Part shown: one piece after another, positions 1 to 8,417 of the stretch
Layout: every line of letters starts with the position of its first letter
How positions within the stretch are numbered: position 1 is the first letter of the stretch
Origin: an uncultured virus (IMG/VR IMGVR_UViG_3300028107_000045)
Lineage: Duplodnaviria > Heunggongvirae > Uroviricota > Caudoviricetes
Virus record (IMG/VR): IMGVR_UViG_3300028107_000045
Direction: 5' to 3' (one strand)
Length of the DNA stretch: 64,000 nt
Position numbers and translations under genes: made by a program
The notes under the pieces: generated by a model
Database searches by the model: none
The model's input: the letters and a program-made list of their open reading frames with translations, nothing else
What the model was told of the DNA's origin: nothing

Positions 1-327
1 GTGTGTCAGGAGTATACTGACAACGCGATGACCTTTACCCAAGGTTATACCACGGATAACCCCCGGGTTACCATGGAAACCCGTATTGAACAAACCAAAT
101 ACGAATTCAAGTTCGCCAAGAACGACCTGCTCAAAGAAGGACTGGTGTTGGCAATCCCTGAAGGTGGGAACATCAGCGGTGTAGCAGGTACACAACACGA
201 GATGATGTTCAAGCGTGTTGATGGTAATGGTAAACCGTATTTCATTCTGTATTTCGCTGATCCCGATCCAAAGTCTGATGGCGAAATCAACCGTGCTGTT
301 TACGTGGCTAATTGCAAGAGGATCTAA
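1..327 (+). CDS. hypothetical protein, probably 5'-truncated by the window edge
   Basis: Open frame from position 1 with phage-like codon usage; ends 2 nt before the next gene's GTG. Confidence 0.7.
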   Translation: MCQEYTDNAMTFTQGYTTDNPRVTMETRIEQTKYEFKFAKNDLLKEGLVLAIPEGGNISGVAGTQHEMMFKRVDGNGKPYFILYFADPDPKSDGEINRAVYVANCKRI

Positions 328-329
328 CC

Positions 330-965
330 GTGGAACTCAAGCGACTGCCAGAAAACATCTTGGTAGAATCTGTTAACTACCCGGATGAAAACGTTAAACG
401 CCACTGGGTTAAACACTTGTTGGAGCAATTGCAACAAGAAACAGGTATCGTCCCACCTACCTACGACCAGGGTTGGATGTTTGCTAAGGACAAGGCCGAT
501 GATAACAAGATTATCGGTGCCTTGTGCGGCGCGTGGCATGACGGTGCTTTTGTAATCAATGTGTTGTATGTGGAGCCTAAATACCGCAGGCAAGGCATCG
601 GTAGTGCATTACTCCACGACTTAATGTGTAGGAGTATTGAATACGTTATCATCGAAATCGAACAAGAAGATCCTCCATTTGGTGCGTTCTTGAAAGCTCG
701 TAAGTTCGAGTTCGTACGCCGTGGTCGACGCGATGGATGGTGGCGCTTAAATGGTCCGGAATACCGAGGTGCAATCGCCCTGACTGCAAACAGGAAAGAC
801 ATCGGTAAGATGGGGCAGTATATCCACTGGGGGGCAGATGGTAAAGATGTTACCCTAGACGGCACATTCGGCATGGCCGAGCTTGCTCAATTGGTGTGGT
901 TCATGAAAAACGGTGGTCCTGGTAAGGGCAACTGCAAACACGAAGACTTGAAGGACGATTATTAA
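330..965 (+). CDS. GNAT family N-acetyltransferase with C-terminal extension
   Basis: Acetyl-CoA motif A VLYVEPKYRRQGIGSALL; GTG start at 330 after GAGGA is preferred to the TTG at 312. Confidence 0.85.
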   Translation: MELKRLPENILVESVNYPDENVKRHWVKHLLEQLQQETGIVPPTYDQGWMFAKDKADDNKIIGALCGAWHDGAFVINVLYVEPKYRRQGIGSALLHDLMCRSIEYVIIEIEQEDPPFGAFLKARKFEFVRRGRRDGWWRLNGPEYRGAIALTANRKDIGKMGQYIHWGADGKDVTLDGTFGMAELAQLVWFMKNGGPGKGNCKHEDLKDDY

Positions 966-1507
966 TGACTGTTAATAGAGCATTGTTTGATCGTAATGTG
1001 TTTGGGATCCCTAGACGTAAGGTTAAATACGCCGATGGGTTCCAAGCACGACTGGTCCACATTGGCGGTGACAAGCCAGAAGGTGCGCTACTAGCGTCAA
1101 TGTGGGAGTTGTTCAACCTGGGTGTTTACGAGCAGCTTCCGTGGTTCATTAATAACCCAGATGCTTGGAACGGCCTGGATTGGATGCTGAATCCAGCCAA
1201 GCGACGGGAAGTTTTCGAAGCCCGTGTTGCGGATGCATCAACGGTTATCCTCATGGAGAACCAGCACGGCATGGTCATGGGTTACCTACTCATGACTCCT
1301 CACCACTACATCCTGGACATGTACGTGATCCCTGCTTTCCGTCGGGATCGCATCGGCCTCAGCTTGTTGGAGCTGTACATCAACCGCTTTGACGTAAGGG
1401 AGATCACTTGTAGCTTACATTCTTACGATCTGGATCCGCGAGCTTTCCTCACCAGGTTGGGGTTCTGTATGTCTAATGCAACGTGCTGCGTCTGGAAACT
1501 GTCTTAA
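965..1507 (+). CDS. GNAT family N-acetyltransferase
   Basis: DMYVIPAFRRDRIGLSLL (motif A) and AFLTRLGF (motif B); TAATG coupling to upstream gene. Confidence 0.8.
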   Translation: MTVNRALFDRNVFGIPRRKVKYADGFQARLVHIGGDKPEGALLASMWELFNLGVYEQLPWFINNPDAWNGLDWMLNPAKRREVFEARVADASTVILMENQHGMVMGYLLMTPHHYILDMYVIPAFRRDRIGLSLLELYINRFDVREITCSLHSYDLDPRAFLTRLGFCMSNATCCVWKLS

Positions 1508-1513
1508 CCCTGT

Positions 1514-1543
1514 TAGGTAAGCTAGCCTAGGCTAGCTTACCTA
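1514..1543. terminator. perfect 30-bp palindrome, probable terminator or processing hairpin
   Basis: TAGGTAAGCTAGCCTAGGCTAGCTTACCTA is its own reverse complement; intergenic. Confidence 0.6.
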
Positions 1544-1564
1544 TTACCCACCTAAGGATTTTTT

Positions 1565-2176
1565 ATGGAATATACGTACGAGTTTTTTGTTGGTAAGTTG
1601 TCGGTTGACTCACTTTTCAAATTCCCGCGGGAGTTGTACGATAAGCATCTCGACAAGCTTGCTTATCTGTACGACACAGTTAAAGGCATTGAAGACCTCG
1701 ACGAAGCCAAACGACAGTTCAAAACGTGGTTGGACCACACTGACTACGTGGGTATTGTTCACGCTGGTGGCAATGGGGTGAGCGGTTACCTAATTGCTGG
1801 TGGTAACCAAGTAATAGACATGTACGTGTACCCTCCTTTCCAGAACCAGGGTGTCGGGACACAGTTGCTGCAAAACTACAAAACTTTTAACGAGGGTAAG
1901 TTCCCTTTCTTCAAAGCGGTCTGGACCAAGGAAACTGTTGCCAGTACTAAAGTCTTCGTTAAATGTGGTTTCGGTGTGACGGCTGAGTTCAGTCCCGAAC
2001 AAGGTTGTCATATTGAAGCACTTACCCCAACAGATCCGACGCATTACGATAAAGTCCTGGATAACATCGACCGGTCGTATATCGACTTCCGTGGCGACTA
2101 CGCAGTAGTGGATGGACACTACACCCTGGAAGAACTGGAAGCGCTTATCATCGTTGCGCGCAGGGAGCTACAATGA
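1565..2176 (+). CDS. GNAT family N-acetyltransferase with C-terminal extension
   Basis: DMYVYPPFQNQGVGTQLL (motif A) and VFVKCGF; AAGGA RBS. Confidence 0.85.
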   Translation: MEYTYEFFVGKLSVDSLFKFPRELYDKHLDKLAYLYDTVKGIEDLDEAKRQFKTWLDHTDYVGIVHAGGNGVSGYLIAGGNQVIDMYVYPPFQNQGVGTQLLQNYKTFNEGKFPFFKAVWTKETVASTKVFVKCGFGVTAEFSPEQGCHIEALTPTDPTHYDKVLDNIDRSYIDFRGDYAVVDGHYTLEELEALIIVARRELQ

Positions 2177-2673
2177 GAAACACTCGTTATTTGAACTCGC
2201 ACTGGCAGCTACGCATGTACCACCGTGACGCGGTCGATAGCAAGACCCTACCGCATATTCGGTACATGTGGGATGAACTAGCCAAAGAAGAGCTAGCTAT
2301 GGTCACCCAGGATAAGACTATTGCTGTCTTGTTCCAAGAACAGATTGCCAAAAGTAAGGTACCAGGGTTCCTCGATGAGAAATTCCAAGAATACCTCAAA
2401 CTGGTAGACTTCTTCTACGTTCTAGAATACAACTACCTACCACATGGTTTCATGGCCGTAACTGGTGAACAGTTGCTGTCGTTGTGGGTTAACTCTCCAC
2501 ATCGGGGTAGTGGCAAAGGCACTTACATGATAAACAATCATCGTGAGGTTTTCAACCGACCACTGGAACTCCAGTGTTACCGCGATAACCAACCGGCCCT
2601 TAAGTTCTACAAGGCTCGGGGTTTTGAACCAGTAGACGAAACCGGTATCTACACCAGGCTCCGTCTGGTTTAA
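2173..2673 (+). CDS. GNAT family N-acetyltransferase
   Basis: SLWVNSPHRGSGKGTYMI and NQPALKFYKARGF, canonical motifs A and B; ATGA overlap with upstream gene. Confidence 0.9.
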   Translation: MRNTRYLNSHWQLRMYHRDAVDSKTLPHIRYMWDELAKEELAMVTQDKTIAVLFQEQIAKSKVPGFLDEKFQEYLKLVDFFYVLEYNYLPHGFMAVTGEQLLSLWVNSPHRGSGKGTYMINNHREVFNRPLELQCYRDNQPALKFYKARGFEPVDETGIYTRLRLV

Positions 2674-2710
2674 TTCCTAGAGATGGTCAGGTCTATATCA
2701 CTAGGGTGTA
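2669..2710 (+). promoter_or_regulatory. phiKZ-type early (virion RNAP) promoter
   Basis: TTTAA-N20-TATATCAC-TAGGGTGTA; one mismatch to the phiKZ early consensus TATATTAC. Confidence 0.7.
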
Positions 2711-2746
2711 TGAAACAACAATGTTTATTCTCTAAGGAGTTTGATC

Positions 2747-2959
2747 ATGTATACCCTGATCCATTTAGTCCTGACCATTCTGGTCCTGGCAGCGGCAATG
2801 CACGGTAGCAAAGTTTTCATGTTGGCTTGGGCAACCAAAGCCAAAGCTGCCACCAAAGGCACCCGTGACTACTACCTCAAATGGGGTCTTGTAGTTGCAG
2901 CAGCGTTGTTGATGGTTTACATCTTCATCCTGTTTACTCGCATCGGCGACGTGCTGTAA
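2747..2959 (+). CDS. small two-TM membrane protein
   Basis: AAGGAG RBS; two hydrophobic segments. Confidence 0.75.
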   Translation: MYTLIHLVLTILVLAAAMHGSKVFMLAWATKAKAATKGTRDYYLKWGLVVAAALLMVYIFILFTRIGDVL

Positions 2960-3015
2960 GTATTTTCCCTTTATACGGGCTGTCCATAGAGACACCCAAA
3001 TAGGAGTTATTTGTC

Positions 3016-3564
3016 ATGGCTATTATCTTCTCTTCGCGTGAACTGGTTGACTCGTTTAAAACCCGTAATGTGGTTTTCGAATCCAGTGCTGTAATCGCCC
3101 GTAACGGCGACCTGATCCTGCGGTCGATCCTCGAGTTTGGTGCTGAGGGTTGCATCCGTCGCCAGACTTTCATCAAGACTGACAGTCTGCACACTTTCAG
3201 TATTTCCACGCACATGGGTGAGTACCAAGCACATATCCTCGAGATCATTGATGCTCTGGAACTGGCCCGCGAGTGGCTGCGTGGCAATAAGCAACAAACG
3301 TTCTCGCAGTTCGTGGACCAAGAGTCCCCGCTGTATTTCCACGGTCGCATGGATGGCAACGACATCGTGTTCAGCATGTTCGGCCCTACCCTTAATGGGC
3401 TGGCCCTGAAATGCAAGAACAACACCCGTTTGGAATCCCTGCCATTCTCCGATCGTCTGGAGACCCTGGCCGATCTGTACCGTAACCACCTCAAGGCGGT
3501 CGACGGTATTTCCATCAAAGACGTTATCAATGGCCAACTCTACAAGGATGTAGTAGCATGCTGA
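3016..3564 (+). CDS. hypothetical protein
   Basis: AGGAG RBS; 182-aa ORF. Confidence 0.8.
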   Translation: MAIIFSSRELVDSFKTRNVVFESSAVIARNGDLILRSILEFGAEGCIRRQTFIKTDSLHTFSISTHMGEYQAHILEIIDALELAREWLRGNKQQTFSQFVDQESPLYFHGRMDGNDIVFSMFGPTLNGLALKCKNNTRLESLPFSDRLETLADLYRNHLKAVDGISIKDVINGQLYKDVVAC

Positions 3565-4022
3565 AAATGATTGCTCTGTCGCTGGCTTTAGTAAGTGGTA
3601 CCGCAGTAGCTAACGACACTGTGTTGCGCTGCAATAAGCAAGGTTATACCGCTGATGCTGAATTGTTCCACAACATTCACGTTAGCGACAAACCCACGGT
3701 GTTCAACGTCTACCAGAATGAAGTACTGGTAGGTAATGAGCGGTACGTCCTGGGTGATGCTAGCCGTGTTGATCTGAGTGGTACAGCAGTAACGTACTAC
3801 TCACCTAATTTCCACAAAGTCCTCTATCTCTATGTAAATGAGAATGGGGACAGGGAGATAGGGATCAGTGCGATAGAGCCAGATTCCGATACCCTCTTCC
3901 AAGACAAGACGGTCTACCAAGACTGTGGTTTCGAGGGGGTTGGTGTTAATGGATCTACCGCACAGGTACTTAGAACTAACTCCAGAACAAACACGGGTGC
4001 TGGAGCGCTTTACGTCTTTTAA
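3558..4022 (+). CDS. exported/periplasmic protein
   Basis: Signal peptide MLKMIALSLALVSGTAVA; two Cys in the mature part. Confidence 0.75.
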   Translation: MLKMIALSLALVSGTAVANDTVLRCNKQGYTADAELFHNIHVSDKPTVFNVYQNEVLVGNERYVLGDASRVDLSGTAVTYYSPNFHKVLYLYVNENGDREIGISAIEPDSDTLFQDKTVYQDCGFEGVGVNGSTAQVLRTNSRTNTGAGALYVF

Positions 4023-4182
4023 GGTTAAAACCTTGAAGGGTTCCGGGGCTATTATAGCTCATGGGACCCTTTTATTTTTCATCAAGTCTGGTCAGTGTAA
4101 TCTGAAGGTAGGTGACTATCTACAGTTCCATAGAGGACTGCTAGTGCCTAAAGACCAGCCTTTATATATCTAGGAGCGCTTT

Positions 4183-4632
4183 ATGATTCGTACTTGTCCC
4201 AAACGTGCAGCAGCATGGCGTGAGCGTGAGCTGTGGAAAGCCGATCTGGAACTCCGTGCTTACAACAAACCGGGGTTCACTTATCAGGATGCAGTTGGCT
4301 TGCTACATGATACCTTGCAGCAGCTGTCTTACTTGCCTGTGCATGACGTAGCGCATGGCACGTTTGTTCGTCTGGTGGATCAATACCGCCATGTGTGCAA
4401 CGCGCTGTATATCAGCGGTGGTTATCAGCAGAAAGACCACCTGGAAGCGGTTGACGTTATCTGGTCCTACGATAACGGCAAAGTCACAGAAGAAAAGACG
4501 TTGTGGATCCCGTGTGGTATTAAGATGCAGCACCGCCGGGAGCTCGAGTTAAAAGCAGCAGGTACTACAGAACTCCTGCGCATGGGTATCCACCCGCAAA
4601 TGACCACGACCCTTGAAATCGTTTTGGTTTAA
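4183..4632 (+). CDS. hypothetical protein
   Basis: AGGAG RBS; 149 aa. Confidence 0.75.
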   Translation: MIRTCPKRAAAWRERELWKADLELRAYNKPGFTYQDAVGLLHDTLQQLSYLPVHDVAHGTFVRLVDQYRHVCNALYISGGYQQKDHLEAVDVIWSYDNGKVTEEKTLWIPCGIKMQHRRELELKAAGTTELLRMGIHPQMTTTLEIVLV

Positions 4633-4641
4633 GGACTCTAA

Positions 4642-4902
4642 ATGGAAATCTTTGTAGACCAGGAGTTGTCCACCCAACAGGAAATGGCCATCTTTGACCA
4701 GTTCAAAGAGGGTCGTGTGCCAGTGATGGTGTCTGACAATGAGGGCGAGGGTAAGGAAGTTGGTGTTGTTAAACACCTCTACCCTAAAGGGAAAGGCTAC
4801 CGTTTGAAGCTGGACCTTAGTGCGCGTATTAATACCAAGAAAACCACTGGGTTCATTTTTACTAACTTCTATGGGACGTGGTGGATAACACGCCCCGACT
4901 AG
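4642..4902 (+). CDS. hypothetical protein, possible paralog of 6989-7258
   Basis: AAGGA RBS; similar residue pattern. Confidence 0.7.
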   Translation: MEIFVDQELSTQQEMAIFDQFKEGRVPVMVSDNEGEGKEVGVVKHLYPKGKGYRLKLDLSARINTKKTTGFIFTNFYGTWWITRPD

Positions 4903-4911
4903 GGTGTAATA

Positions 4912-5121
4912 ATGATTGAGAATATTCTGCTGGGGCTGTATTTTGTATTTGTAGTGGTATGGTTTGTTTACTGGTTTGGTACCCATAGCGGATATCGGGT
5001 ATTGGATCGGTTCACTAACATACAACTGCACTGCTTTGCATTCCTGTGCGGGGCACTGCTGGTGGCATTGTCATTGGCGTTTGGGTATTTCGTGTTAACT
5101 AATTTCTTAAGGGTACCGTGA
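4912..5121 (+). CDS. small two-TM membrane protein
   Basis: Two hydrophobic helices; operon packing. Confidence 0.7.
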   Translation: MIENILLGLYFVFVVVWFVYWFGTHSGYRVLDRFTNIQLHCFAFLCGALLVALSLAFGYFVLTNFLRVP

Positions 5122-5888
5122 TGGCTCGTAAATATGACAAAGACATTGGCGCCGAGATCGAACTGATCCGCAAGAACCTTATGGCCAAGGACCTGTTCGA
5201 ACAGATCTCCAAGGTGGTAATTGCGTACAGTGGCGACACCATGATGATTGCTAGCGATCTGGTGTGCGGTAAACCATGTAACACTCGGCTGCAGTTTGCT
5301 TACAACTGTGCTGCGGAATTGATTACTATTTATGGTCGTTGTACTTTTGCTGGCTTCTTGCAAGTAATTGAAGCTTGGGGGCGCCACAAGCACGGGAGTG
5401 ATCCTAAAGAGGCGCTGTATTTCGGTGAGGAACTGCTTCAGTGGGCGATGCGTTGTCCACTGGAGTTTGGTAGCGACCCAGGGGATCTGACTCGTGAAGA
5501 CCCAATGGACCGTGGTGATTTCCTGGAGCATCTGGGTGATGATGTCTGGGCGGGTGTTCCGATGAATATCCTTTGGGACATCCCGGAGATCCCAGTCTGT
5601 GAGCAGTCGGCTGTTACCCAGCCATTTGCTGCGCAGTGGGTACCTACTTACGCGTCGCCTGTTCTGGAGCACAAATCCTCGTATGAAGGTGACTTCGACA
5701 AGGACCTGGGATGGCTCAAAGATCACCAGTACTACAAACATTTCAGGCTGGCTGCTGGCCGACAGGGATGCCGAGCGGATGATTACGGCTCCGGGTTGTA
5801 TATTGCAAAAATGAACATGCTTACTAAAGATTATGAGCGCGCTCTGGCAGTCACTCATGAAGCATACCAACGCCGCATTTTCAAATAA
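5118..5888 (+). CDS. hypothetical protein
   Basis: 256-aa ORF overlapping the upstream stop. Confidence 0.75.
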   Translation: MMARKYDKDIGAEIELIRKNLMAKDLFEQISKVVIAYSGDTMMIASDLVCGKPCNTRLQFAYNCAAELITIYGRCTFAGFLQVIEAWGRHKHGSDPKEALYFGEELLQWAMRCPLEFGSDPGDLTREDPMDRGDFLEHLGDDVWAGVPMNILWDIPEIPVCEQSAVTQPFAAQWVPTYASPVLEHKSSYEGDFDKDLGWLKDHQYYKHFRLAAGRQGCRADDYGSGLYIAKMNMLTKDYERALAVTHEAYQRRIFK

Positions 5889-5898
5889 GGAGTCCTAA

Positions 5899-6243
5899 GT
5901 GGACAAAACAAATAAATTCGTCGATTACCTGGCTTATGTGTTCGACGAAGCTAACAGGTACAAGCGCGAAAAGTACACCGGTGGCCGTACCCTGAACGGT
6001 TTTGCATTCGATCTGGAATGCAGTATCCGTGTGCAGTACTGTGTCGGTAGCTCCTACGCCGAGGGCTGGATCGGTAACCTGAAGTTCCGTATCTACATCT
6101 GCCCGCTCAAAGGCTACCGCGCCTACACCTGCAAGGGTGACGAGGTCATCGACGAGCAGGACGGTAAACACGACGAAGGTCAAACCCTGGGTGAGTTGTC
6201 GATGTTCATCCAGGCTCGCCTGCTCGATGCGTCGCGGGGTTAA
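5899..6243 (+). CDS. hypothetical protein
   Basis: AAGGAG RBS, GTG start. Confidence 0.75.
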   Translation: MDKTNKFVDYLAYVFDEANRYKREKYTGGRTLNGFAFDLECSIRVQYCVGSSYAEGWIGNLKFRIYICPLKGYRAYTCKGDEVIDEQDGKHDEGQTLGELSMFIQARLLDASRG

Positions 6244-6244
6244 C

Positions 6245-6367
6245 ATGCGCTTAGCAATTGGCATTGTTGGCGCATTGGTGTTAGCAGGACCGCGGTATCC
6301 TGATATCACGTTCGCACAATTCAGCTACCGTCGTCCTAAACACACCTATCACAACTGGGGTCTGTAA
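6245..6367 (+). CDS. small hypothetical protein (40 aa)
   Basis: Exactly fills the gap between neighbours; hydrophobic N-terminus. Confidence 0.45.
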   Translation: MRLAIGIVGALVLAGPRYPDITFAQFSYRRPKHTYHNWGL

Positions 6368-6582
6368 TGAACTACCTTTTATTGGTTGTGATCGGTTTGC
6401 TGTACATATACCTGCTGTTGGGTCGTATCCCGTTGACTCGTTACATCGGGTACAAATACGACCCTGCTACATTGCGTCGCTTTTTCAAGTGGGATGACTT
6501 CATTGTTAAAGCTACGTTTGGTTTCTTGGGCGTCCTGTGTATTGTCACTAACGTAGATAATTTCTACGACATCATTTATTAA
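6367..6582 (+). CDS. small membrane protein
   Basis: Two hydrophobic segments; TAATG coupling. Confidence 0.65.
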   Translation: MNYLLLVVIGLLYIYLLLGRIPLTRYIGYKYDPATLRRFFKWDDFIVKATFGFLGVLCIVTNVDNFYDIIY

Positions 6583-6586
6583 GGGG

Positions 6587-6979
6587 TTGGTAATGCAGAC
6601 TGAATCCAAAGATCCAGTTCCAACCAGTGCTGAACAAGATATCTTCCTGCGCTGGGTAGCAAACGCTAAAGACCGTGACCGTTATTACACCCTGGATTTC
6701 AACACCCAGGTGACTAGCACCGGTACGGTGTTCGGTAAACCAGCACATGCACGGGCGGTGCACTGCATGGGTAACTCGTTTATCGACCTGTGGGTTGATC
6801 TGAACGAGCACGAGTACCAAGGTGTGCGGGTAATCATCTACTACTCGTCCCTGCAATCGGTACAGGTGTACTGTGCCTACGGTAACCAGGGCGCTCCAGT
6901 AAACATGGATCGTTGTGTACCGTTCCAGGTTTACGCCCTGGAGAAACTCATTGCGTATATTGAAGAACTGGTAGCTTAA
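6587..6979 (+). CDS. hypothetical protein
   Basis: 130-aa ORF; true start may be ATG 6593. Confidence 0.7.
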   Translation: MVMQTESKDPVPTSAEQDIFLRWVANAKDRDRYYTLDFNTQVTSTGTVFGKPAHARAVHCMGNSFIDLWVDLNEHEYQGVRVIIYYSSLQSVQVYCAYGNQGAPVNMDRCVPFQVYALEKLIAYIEELVA

Positions 6980-6988
6980 GGAGCCAAA

Positions 6989-7258
6989 GTGGCTAACATC
7001 AAAGTACAACAGAAGCTGGCCAAGCCGGAATGGAACGACCTGTACCAACAGATCCGCTCTGGTGAAGTCCGGATTATCAAGAACACCCCGCAGGATGTAG
7101 ATCTGTCTACCGATGACGTGCTGGGTAAAGTGCACAACGCGTTTAACCTCGGTCGCAAGATCGAAGTAGTGGTGGCGATGGGTGTGTCGGATATCAAGCC
7201 CGAACAGTTGTCGTTTGTCAAGCGTGGTACTGTTTACTATCTCATGGCCAAGGTATGA
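6989..7258 (+). CDS. hypothetical protein
   Basis: AAGGAG RBS, GTG start. Confidence 0.75.
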   Translation: MANIKVQQKLAKPEWNDLYQQIRSGEVRIIKNTPQDVDLSTDDVLGKVHNAFNLGRKIEVVVAMGVSDIKPEQLSFVKRGTVYYLMAKV

Positions 7259-7638
7259 GTATGCCTATTGATCTGCTTAATCTCAAACCTTACACGGAAA
7301 AGACCAAAACTCCGCTGTTTGGTTTGCGTAACCGTTTGTTTGGCCTCACTCACAAGTTCTTTGTCCACCAAACGGTTATCGGTGGCGCAGAACACGGCCT
7401 CACTATTGTGGCCCCCTACGAGAAAGAAAACGGTCATCATTACGACATCTACTTCTACGATTTTGTAGAAAGTCGTAACCCGGTGGCGATTATCAGTAGT
7501 GGTGGTGACGAGGTCACGTTTTTCTACCACGAGAAAGACCGTGTGGTGAAAATCCATCACACTCAAGAAATGTTGTGCGAAGCTCTGGCTGCCTTGTACA
7601 ACTCTTTGCGTGAAGCCGCTTTGGGTAAGGAAAGTTAG
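7255..7638 (+). CDS. hypothetical protein
   Basis: ATGA overlap; 127 aa. Confidence 0.75.
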   Translation: MSMPIDLLNLKPYTEKTKTPLFGLRNRLFGLTHKFFVHQTVIGGAEHGLTIVAPYEKENGHHYDIYFYDFVESRNPVAIISSGGDEVTFFYHEKDRVVKIHHTQEMLCEALAALYNSLREAALGKES

Positions 7639-7653
7639 AGCTAGGTACGGTAA

Positions 7654-7683
7654 CTAACCCCTACCCTTACAGGTAGGGGTTAG
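7654..7683. terminator. CCTAC-family hairpin
   Basis: CTAACCCCTACC-cttaca-GGTAGGGGTTAG, intergenic. Confidence 0.7.
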
Positions 7684-7716
7684 CTTTAACTTATATTTAG
7701 TTTTTAGGAGTTAATC

Positions 7717-8355
7717 ATGAAAGGTTACGATAAAGGTACAGTGTGCTTTGACACTCTGACTGTGCTGGGACGTGAATTCGTCACTAACCCTAATCCGTTG
7801 TCCACCTGCTACTGGGACTACGTGTTTACTGCCAACTGCATGCTCGATGGTACCAAGCCCAAGAAGAAAGGTGGTATCGAGCACTACATGTACGGTTGGG
7901 CTGGTCACCTGAACATCGGTGTAGATGGTAAACGTGTCCACCTACACAACATGGACGACGATGTTGGTCTGATAAACCAGGAAGCTAAACTCCAGTTGCT
8001 CCATGACACACTCAAGGAGTTCATCAAGAACTATAAAGAGTGGGCCAAAGAAGAGAACCGGATGCCGCTTTCCATTAAGCACTGGCTGAATCCACCAGAC
8101 AGTCGTTTTACCGGCATGGTGTCCTACAGTCTGGCTGCTGACGGTACTGGAACAGTGTCCATTGGTGACTGCCATAACACTATTGTTATCTGGGTGTACA
8201 TCCCATACAAGAGTGTCAGTGCCAAAGATGGCTACAGTCAGAAAATCATCAAGCAAATCGAAGAGCTGGCTAAGGGCGCTAGCCGCGCAGTAGCGGCTAT
8301 TAAACAGCTCCGTAAGTTCTTCGAGCGCGAGGTCTTTGATTCACCTGAGAAATAA
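7717..8355 (+). CDS. hypothetical protein
   Basis: AGGAG RBS; 212 aa. Confidence 0.8.
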   Translation: MKGYDKGTVCFDTLTVLGREFVTNPNPLSTCYWDYVFTANCMLDGTKPKKKGGIEHYMYGWAGHLNIGVDGKRVHLHNMDDDVGLINQEAKLQLLHDTLKEFIKNYKEWAKEENRMPLSIKHWLNPPDSRFTGMVSYSLAADGTGTVSIGDCHNTIVIWVYIPYKSVSAKDGYSQKIIKQIEELAKGASRAVAAIKQLRKFFEREVFDSPEK

Positions 8356-8360
8356 CTGAG

Positions 8361-8380
8361 ACCTATATTACTACAGTGTG
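8361..8380 (+). promoter_or_regulatory. phiKZ-type early promoter upstream of the chaperonin
   Basis: TATATTAC at 8364-8371 in the intergenic gap. Confidence 0.7.
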
Positions 8381-8417
8381 TAACCACACTTAAGTATTCT
8401 TTTAATTGGAGTAACGT

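Noticed and set aside
3925..4173. 82-aa ORF spanning the 4022-4183 gap
   Set aside because: No RBS, overlaps the upstream gene and runs through a terminator-like T-rich tract.
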